Part shown: positions 54,804 to 64,000 of the stretch, in pieces
How positions within the stretch are numbered: position 1 is the stretch's first letter
Layout of the letters: every line of letters begins with the position of its first letter
Source: Octopus vulgaris
Lineage: Eukaryota
Reading direction: 5' to 3'
Assembly (NCBI GenBank): GCA_951406725.2
Contig: OX597814.1
Coordinates: forward strand, 118,916,001 to 118,980,000
DNA length: 64,000 nt
Made by a program: the position numbers and the translations under genes
Notes under the pieces: generated by a model
Told to the model about the DNA's origin: nothing
What the model saw: only the letters and a program-made list of their open reading frames with translations
Databases searched by the model: none

Positions 54804-55690
54804 CTTCGATGGTCGACTGAAAATCTCGTATGCTGACCAAAATACTCGCATAGAGTGTGACCAAATGAGGCTTATTTTTCAACATAGGCCCCCTTGCGAT
54901 TCACACACTTCTTCCATAGTGCTTGAATCCCATTTGTAAAGAAGCTTTCACCCTGTTCGTCTTAGAAAATACATCAACAGTAGATGTGACTTCATCATCG
55001 CTGCGATACTGATTCCCAGCCAAGACGTTTTTTCTTGTTGGGTAACAAATGATAGTTAGATAGGACTATATTGGGAAAATAGGGACTGTGATCAACCAGT
55101 TCAAAACCACAGTCACACACAACAGCCATTGAAATCAAGGACACATTTACTGGAGTATTAATCAGATAAAACAAGAGATCTTACATCAGTTTTCCTAGGC
55201 ATTTCTTCAGGAAGTCGGCATAATACTTTGCATTGATCGTGAGGCCCTTTCGAAGATCGTCAGTAAACACAATGCCTTTTGCATCCCCAAACACTGAGGC
55301 CATTACCTTTCCTGCAAATCAAACGAACTTCAACTTCTTTGGAGCAGATGAGGATGTTTCTTTTTCCACTGAATGGATAGTCTTTTTCTCTGGCTCATAC
55401 CTAGCTTGGTGTGAGAAACGTTCAAGGAAGACAGCTGGATCTCCCTAAATATTTAAGATTTTCCTGTGAGGTAATTAGCCTCGTGCGCTTTTGATCACGT
55501 ATTGGAAGACGTGACACCAACCGTGGGGAAACCTTCGCCATTCTAATTGCATTGTGCAGAATATTCTCAGCTCTCTCACGGGATACGCTAATAGCATTAG
55601 CTATTTGATTTGCAGTTAACTGCTTGTCATCCATCGCCATGTTGTGAAAACAATCAATGTTTTCTTCGGTAATAGTAGCTGTAGGACGTC
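54804..55690 (-). mobile_element. Degraded mariner element
   Basis: QLTANQIANAISVSRERAENILHNAIRMAKVSPRLVSRL; TIR-like CGA.GGTCGACTGAAAA end. Confidence 0.8.
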
Positions 55691-55695
55691 CTGAA

Positions 55696-56162
<467 letters not shown>

Positions 56163-56222
56163 TAAGTTAATATTTTCTATCAGCTTTATATTAGTGTATA
56201 TATAAAGCAATATATATATATT

Positions 56223-56307
<85 letters not shown>

Positions 56308-56479
56308 ATAAGAGAGAGTAACGAAATTTAAGGACGCCGTCTATATTACGCAGGTCTCAACTGCTAGTAGCTGAGAAGACAACCTTCTACATTAATAACT
56401 CTCCAGCCCATGCCAGCATGGAACATAGACGTTAAGTGAAATTTTAAAAGTAAGTTTTCATTTCATATATGTATATAAA

Positions 56480-57156
56480 TACACGTAATTCAAAAACACG
56501 TTTTGTGTAGCTCATGTGGTAACCAAAAACCAGGTACAGATTATAAATAATGCAAGGCCGATTTTGGTGCTCCATTCGAGAGAGGCAGTTGACAGACAAT
56601 CCGATGATAAATCTGATCTTGGATCTTGAAAGTTTGCATGAATTCCGGCTCAGTTAAATCTCTTGTAGCTGCAGTGCAGCGTTTTATTGTCTAATTTTGT
56701 TTTGGAAGTACTTGGAATATTGGTCTGTTGATGACAACAGTTTCTTCAATGACTCTGGAGGTTGGATTATTTCAGGGAGTCTAACCTTTCCACCATTGCA
56801 GCACAGTGCAAGTGTCCCACCAGGCCACGTTCTTGCTTTACAATGTATGCACTCAGTTGTCATTGCACCAATGGAAACACTAATGTCATCTGCATAATAA
56901 ACTGCTGTATCATAATTCAAAGCTTCTTCATAGAAGTTGCTTCTCTGAGCTGTTGCAAGTGCTCTTCAATCTGCAGTGTTGATCCTATACCTTGTCAGCT
57001 GCGCATACCTCTATTCAACACTTTGGGATGTTCTGGCTTTTGTAATGCAGTCTGTTCGTTTCCTAGCATGCTTCCCTTTCCAAAAAGATAGATATATAAG
57101 ACATAGACAGATAGATACAGAGAGATAGATATAGAGATAGAGATGGGCAGAGAGAT

Positions 57157-57238
<82 letters not shown>

Positions 57239-57700
57239 GGATGGATGGATGGATGGATGGATGGATGGATGGATGGATGGATGGATGGATAAGGAGATGT
57301 ACATGCAGAGATAAAGGTAGAGAGATATAGATGTGAGTGACGCTAAAAACCGGAAGTAAATATTTTTAAAAACTTTGAAAGAATCTAATATAAAAATCTA
57401 TAATTTTTATTTATTTCTATAACCAATGCATGTAAGGGAAACAATCAATTTCTGAAAGTTACTTCGCAAAGAGTTACCTCCCATATCCACGTAACCCAGG
57501 AACGGGGGTTTCCTACACCCAGGTGGACCGTTACTCATTATGCTAAACATATTAAGTCTGAAACCATCCCTGGCACATAAGTAATGTATATTCCCAGTTT
57601 GGAGAAAATCAGTTGAAAAATACGGCCGTTATAATATTTTACGCACATACACACACACAAAGGGATTTATATTATATTATATTATATTTTATATATATAT
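56480..57700 (-). mobile_element. Helitron relic with RepHel N-terminal fragment
   Basis: IGAMTTECIHCKARTWPGGTLALCCNGGKVRLP and FMQTFKIQDQIYHRI; Helitron-like 5' region near 57460-57700; (GATA)n inserted. Confidence 0.8.
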
Positions 57701-60569
57701 ATATACACATTTACAGACATCACAAACTCTCTCTCTCTCTCCCACACACAACACACACATCACCGGAAATTGCCCTCCTATCCTTTCGGCGTATAGGAGG
57801 GCAATTTAGATTATATATTAAACTATCATCTAAACATCGTTTCTTGTGATTTCAAGACACTCGAGCATAACGTCCTCAAAAAAAAAAAATTGCGGTCATA
57901 GGTGTTGGCTAAAATTCAATTTTATTCGTAAATTTCGATCATTGGCACACGATAACCTTTTTTTAATATGCTTGTTCAAACATTGTAATTAGATATATCC
58001 GTAACATGATAGCCGTGAAGTGAGTCTATTTCTAGGTGTTCGTTAGTATTTGCTACTTGAATTTTGCATTGACATTTAATATGATTGCAAGGACAAAATA
58101 AATAAAACACTTGCGTTGTTTGCAGACAGAAGAGTCTGAGAGAATTCTTGTTTGCAGTGTCAATACTACATAATTTTATTCAGTTATTCACCAATTGTGG
58201 TCCTTCGAAAAATAACTTGTAGTTAATCAGTTTTATTCCATCGATTTTCTAATCCATACATCTATATGTTTGAGTTACACGTTTATTTTTAGATGCCAAA
58301 ATGTATCTTTGGTATTATTTACTTGTACTTGAACAAACTGTTTTATGAAACAGAATTTACATTATAATCAACTTCTTTTCTGTATATTTCACTATCCAAT
58401 TCTTAATTTGCTATATAACTAGGGAAATCGTTTTATGAAAATTATATTCTAGAACACTGCTCACGGTTGCAAAACTATACATAATAATATTCTGTACAGG
58501 AATAAAAACCAAACAGCTAATTAAGAAACCTAAACGAACCAGCAATCACAATTTTTTAAATCTAGAATAAAGAATTTCTTTTCCTGATTCTATTTCTGTA
58601 AACATATTAGATGATTGTATACCATCACAAAGCGCAGTGTCTACTTGGTTCTGGGCATTTCAATAATGTATCATTGATTCTTATATTCCTCACTATATTA
58701 AACAAATTACTTAAATCATCTGAAAAAGAATTTTCATTTTTACTGCATAATATAACCGTTCAGATATCTATTTGCTATGGTCTTATATTAAAAGAAAAAT
58801 GCTGCAGATATATTTACAATACTCAGATATAGTTATCTCATCTTTATTATAGAACCATGTATTTTAAATTATTATAACCTAGTGTTACTGCGCTCTTTCA
58901 AGGTCTTTTTGCTGGGCTCCGAGGCTGATGAAGGAAATTCGAGAATACTGTATGGCCCAAAATGTTTCGTATATTATAAAATCTTGGAGCATCAAACCGG
59001 ATGCCTGGTAAAAGAAATGACTCAATCAGTATGATATTAATATTAATGAACGAATTGTAGTTGTTGCTGAGCGACAGACTAGCTTACAATGCTACCACAA
59101 TTTTTGTTTAGAAATTTCAAAACACTTTTGCATTCACATGTATTACCAGTTATTAAGCTGTATCGCAGCAAACTTAAATATCAAGCACTTACCTTACGCT
59201 TCATATTGCGTCATTCAAACTAGGTTTCTGTACGCTCACCAAATATACTTCGATGTATAACATCAACGAAATATTCAATTCCATGTCACTATCCCTAAGG
59301 ATTCTATTACATTTGGGATGATGGCAACTTCTCAACATTTTGTATTTTATGTTTGGTATTTTAATTCAACTCCCCATTCTTTTCCCCGCCAACCAAATAT
59401 TAAATGTGTAGGCAACATCACTTTAGCAGCGGACTCATCTTTCTTGAGTACGACGTTATTTGGGTGCGAATGTTCCCTGTGTCTGTCTATTTCAATATTC
59501 ATGTCACGTAGTACCCGAGCAATCATTGGTCTTCGAATATGTAGTCATTGTTACGTCAATAGTTTTATGCCATAGTCAATTAGCGTTGGACAAGATCAGT
59601 GTTCTGAGGGAAATTCTGGGCACGGAGATTCATCACCGAAACAGCCTATAATAGGACACTTTTGCCCTGGGAAAATGAATATCAAGAAATTTTAGTTGTA
59701 GAATTATTAGGGAGCAATTGCGATGTAGAATAGAATAAAGATAAATGCTTGTGTCGCGTGGCTAGGCCTCTCCGTTAGACACATGGAGCAGCAATCCAAC
59801 ACTATTCTAGATGCAATTATTGGGTGTTCGAGTATTTGTGACTTTTTGATGCATGTCGAACAGCTTTTGTAAATATAACAAATCAAGCTCTTAGCTGAGC
59901 CCACAAAGAAGATCATCCCAACATGTTTCTTTGACTTTGAAGAGAACAGATTTCTTCGCTGTCTTGGTGTTTATTGAGAATGACATTTTCTGGTGAAATA
60001 AATTAAAAGGAGTGGAAACACATATGTTTCGTTTCAGCTAAATCGTTGTCAGCCTTTTCAAGTTTTACTGAGTAGAGAAGCATGTCGGTTAGGAAAATGA
60101 GGTGTTTTCGTTCATAAATTTGTTTAAAAAGTTGGTGAGAGCGGTGAGAGGTGCCCGGGCTCTGCTCTTATTGTAGGTTCTACTCCAGAGATCATAGAAA
60201 GGAGAGGATATATTGCAATTGTTTTCCGCATAAAACATATATCTATGGTTCTTGGCTGTCTTTGTATTAGAATGTCATCTGATATATTTTTGTGATATTG
60301 TATTCCACAGCTAATTTAGTTTTGTATATAATAGATTTTCTATTAAACCAATTGTTTCGGTATTGTCTTCTTATCTTTGTTATAGGAAATAGAGAAAATT
60401 CGAAGAACAGAATGACACTAGATATCAGAAAAGAATTGCATAAAAAGAGGAGGAAAAAAACGTCAATAACGAATGAAAGCAAAAACTGTAATAGCAGAAA
60501 AAGAAAAGAATAAACAAAGAAATCAGAAAGAATGAATGTGTGAATGAATGAATTAATGAATGAACGAAG

Positions 60570-60829
60570 GAGAAGAAGAAGAAGAAGAAGAAGAAGAAGA
60601 AGAAGAAGAAGAAGAAGAAGAAGAAGAAGAAGAAGAAGAAGAAGAAGAAGAAGAAGAAGAAGAAACGAAAAGGTAGAAGTGGAAGGAAAATATTAAATGT
60701 GTCTGGAGAATAAGAAATAAACAAATATATAAATATAAAAATAAAGTAGCGTAAAACTGAAATAAGTTAAATCAACATTATGATTGTTGCTATAGCATCA
60801 AGGATGATATCAATAAATATAATCGATGC

Positions 60830-60924
<95 letters not shown>
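60570..60924. repeat. (AGA)n and (TTA)n(TAG)n microsatellites
   Basis: Direct reading of the sequence. Confidence 0.9.
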
Positions 60925-60925
<1 letters not shown>

Positions 60926-61933
60926 TATTGCTGTTGTTTTGTTATATTATCGTTCGTTGTTAATACCACCCTCTTTTCATCCCCTTTCATCCCCTTTCAT
61001 CAGCAGTCATTAATATCATACATCAGTAATATTTTCAAAGGCAAACCTATTTATTGATCCTTATACCAAAGTCAAGATGTCGTTTATAGAAATCCAATAG
61101 CAGCCATATGCTTCTATAATTATTCGCAGTTGCCTCAATATCCAATCCATTTGATATCTACAACGGGAATCGAATGCAGAAACTAATGCCTACATTGTTT
61201 GTTAATCAATGTAAAATATGGCTGCTTAACTGTCTTTGTGAAGGCTGGAACAAATATGACAATTATTGTACAATTGTATTACGGATCATGGTTCGTCAGG
61301 TTCTGCATATTTCCTGTGAATGATAGAGATGGCAGAGTGATAGGAAATAAGTTCTTCACAGTACATGACAATATAGAAACAAACACAATTATATCATATG
61401 TAACTGATAAGCATTGGAACATAGATACACACACACGTAGTGATAAACATGGCGTTTCTTTTTCTGCTACCACGCTAAGATAAATAGAGTAGAAGTTATA
61501 AGAATATAAAGTAGCAGGGGTGGTGTAATGTCAGGCGTGAGATGAACTTCACTGATTGTAAAAGATGTTTATCATGCAGTCCTGACTGGCAAACAGGAAA
61601 AGAGTGAACGAATAAATAAGTGAATGCAAATGAGTAGACTGGTGTAAGATGTGAGCCTTATGTCGTTTTAATATTCTGATAAAATTATTGTGTGAAAAAT
61701 AATTCTGCGATAATGATAATTATATGTAAATATTTCAGTGTTTGTAACTGTTACTTTTATATTTTTATAGATATAGTATCAACATTTTTGATCTAAATTT
61801 TATAAGCATAATTAAAGCGATTCTATTGATTTACACTTAACAGCCTTTCTTAGGAAAGAAGACGACTCAATTATTTCCGTGCTTTAAATACATTAGTCAA
61901 TGTTTAAATTAAGTTCAAAAGGCATCTGCGAAA

Positions 61934-62325
61934 GGCGCAGGCGTGTCTGTGTGGTACGAAGTTAGCTTCCCGACGACATATTACCGAATTAATCCCCATA
62001 GCGTCGTCTCAGGCCGACCAAAGCCTTGTGAGTATATTTGGTAGACGGAAACCGAAAGAAACCCGTCGTGTGTATGTGTGTGTGGTTGTGTGTGCGTATT
62101 GTGTGTGTGTTCATGTCTATGTTTGTCACCACCACCGCTTGACAAACGGTGTTTGTGTGTTTACGTCCCCGTAAAATAGCGCTTCGGCAAAAAGAGACCG
62201 ATAGAATAAGTACCGAGCTTAGAACGAAAATAAGTAATGGGATCGATTCCTTCGACTAAAATTCCTGAAGGAAGCGCCCCAGCACTGCTGCAGTTTAATG
62301 CACGAAACAAGTAAACGCTGAAAGA
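61934..62325 (+). mobile_element. SINE family B, diverged, with internal deletion
   Basis: GGCGCAGGCGTGTCTGTGTGGTA head; GCCGACCAAAGCCTTGTGAGT body; tail. Confidence 0.85.
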
Positions 62326-63680
62326 TAGTGGGAATTGGCAATGTGTAAATAGAGATCACATTAATTCCTACCCATTTAATTTAACCATTAAGATCTTTGG
62401 TAATGTAATGTATTTGATATGCTGGTCACCATTGCTCCAAATACTCTAACTTCACCGAACTATAAATAGTAGGTGAATCACGTGTCTGGAAAGTTAAATG
62501 TCAACAATCCTTAATTTTCTACCTTGTGGGTCACCAGTATAGTAGGGAGCAGTCGTGTGTCTCCAGTTGCTTAATCATATTTCCTTCTAAAACGGTTTCA
62601 TAATTTTAATTCCATATATATATTTTGTTTTTATTTTAGTGTTCAATCGTCTTCAAAAAATCAAATTCTAAAGTTTTTAAATCCAGCAAAATATTGCCAA
62701 AAGTTGGTGAATTTTTGGTTAAAAACACGAAAGCGAATATAACGCTTTCAAATATTTTGTTTGGAGTTCAAACGCAGTTCACAAGTATCTAGATATATAT
62801 TAAAGAATCGTTTACCTGAAGGTGATCGGTAAACATTCAGATCAAATAAATATTGAAAACAGATATATGAAAGATGTGAAATTTAGATAGAAAATATACA
62901 ACTACAATCAAATTCCCCGTGTGCTTTCTCCTACCATCTGATATAGAAACTTTAATGTGAATAACTTGCTTCATATTTCCCCATTCACTTGATATATTTT
63001 CCTGCGTTTAATATTTCCTTGCTGTTAACGGTACTTTCTCTATATAAAGAGTATTTTGAAATTCTAGACTTATACTAATATATTCACCAATGCTAACAAA
63101 ATGAGTGAAAGCTGATGAAAGCTGATAATATTCGAAACAGAGAATCTACAGAGAACATCATGCTAACGATCTATAGTGAACTAGAATATTTCTTTTAATA
63201 CACTTACATAATAAGGTAAAATGTATGATACCGCATAAGAATATTCCTGTACAAACTAGTATTTAACTTCCTGATAAATCTTTCCATGTATTTATGATCT
63301 TCCTATATTCTAATCATACTTTCATTTTTCTTAGAAAATTATATTATTTAGCGTTGTATAACCAACTTGTTTCTAAATTCGGCAACATATTAATATTTCT
63401 GAACAACTTAAATATGTATTCCATATAGTAATATGCAATTTTTCATAACAAATTTTAATGATGTCTCTCAGTAACAGTTTTCCATATCATTTCATGATAT
63501 GGAAATGAAAGATAATTTTCTGTGTAACGTATTTATTTCTGAATATCTTTACCTTCCCATTGTATCATATTACGTGTATATAATATATTATTTGGGAATA
63601 ATGTGTTCAAAGTTATAATTAAATATCCAATGACACAGTATATATATTTATAATATTCCTTGATACATCAATGTACATAC

Positions 63681-63720
<40 letters not shown>

Positions 63721-64000
63721 TATTTAGTATCAGTATTTGATATATAAGTATTTTACATATTTCTATGTAAGTTTATTATGTGTGCATTTGACAGGCTGGG
63801 AGATTATAAATATGTATTTTTACTATTGAGTTCTGTACAGTATCAGCTTTATTTCAATGTAATTTCGATGGCTTCACTAAAATTGCTGAAAACGTCTTCA
63901 ACATCACATGGTGATTTCTTTCTGACAGTTGCCAGTCTGTGGGGATTATTTTTATTAAAGAAAGAATAACTTTGTCAAATAAGTATTTTACGTTTTGAGA

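Noticed and set aside
63112-63139. CTGATGA...CGAAAC (also CTGATGAAGGAAATTCGAGA at ~58925)
   Set aside because: No supporting stems I-III; likely chance

Overview
AT-rich, microsatellite-dense eukaryotic DNA; the SINE repertoire points to an octopus (coleoid cephalopod) genome, which is my inference. I find no host protein-coding gene I can support, so the window is probably intronic or intergenic, and nearly all ORFs in the track are translated microsatellites or SINEs. It holds at least four tRNA-derived SINE families, CR1/L2-type LINE fragments, a Penelope GIY-YIG fragment, a full-length but dead mariner, further mariner/Tc1, Chapaev3-like, hAT-like and Helitron relics, and a ~620-bp tandem repeat. 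The most notable signal is RNA-level. (1) A ~200-230 bp non-autonomous retroposon (2 copies, one with a 13-bp TSD) lacks a tRNA head and starts exactly at G1 of a predicted HDV-like ribozyme whose P1 helix is split by two hairpins into a four-way junction. (2) Several (TA)n-embedded repeat families carry minimal Penelope-type hammerhead motifs, one of them behind a tRNA-like head. (3) There are several inverted duplications, one with a loop templated from 640 bp away. All RNA folds were assigned by eye and none is tested.
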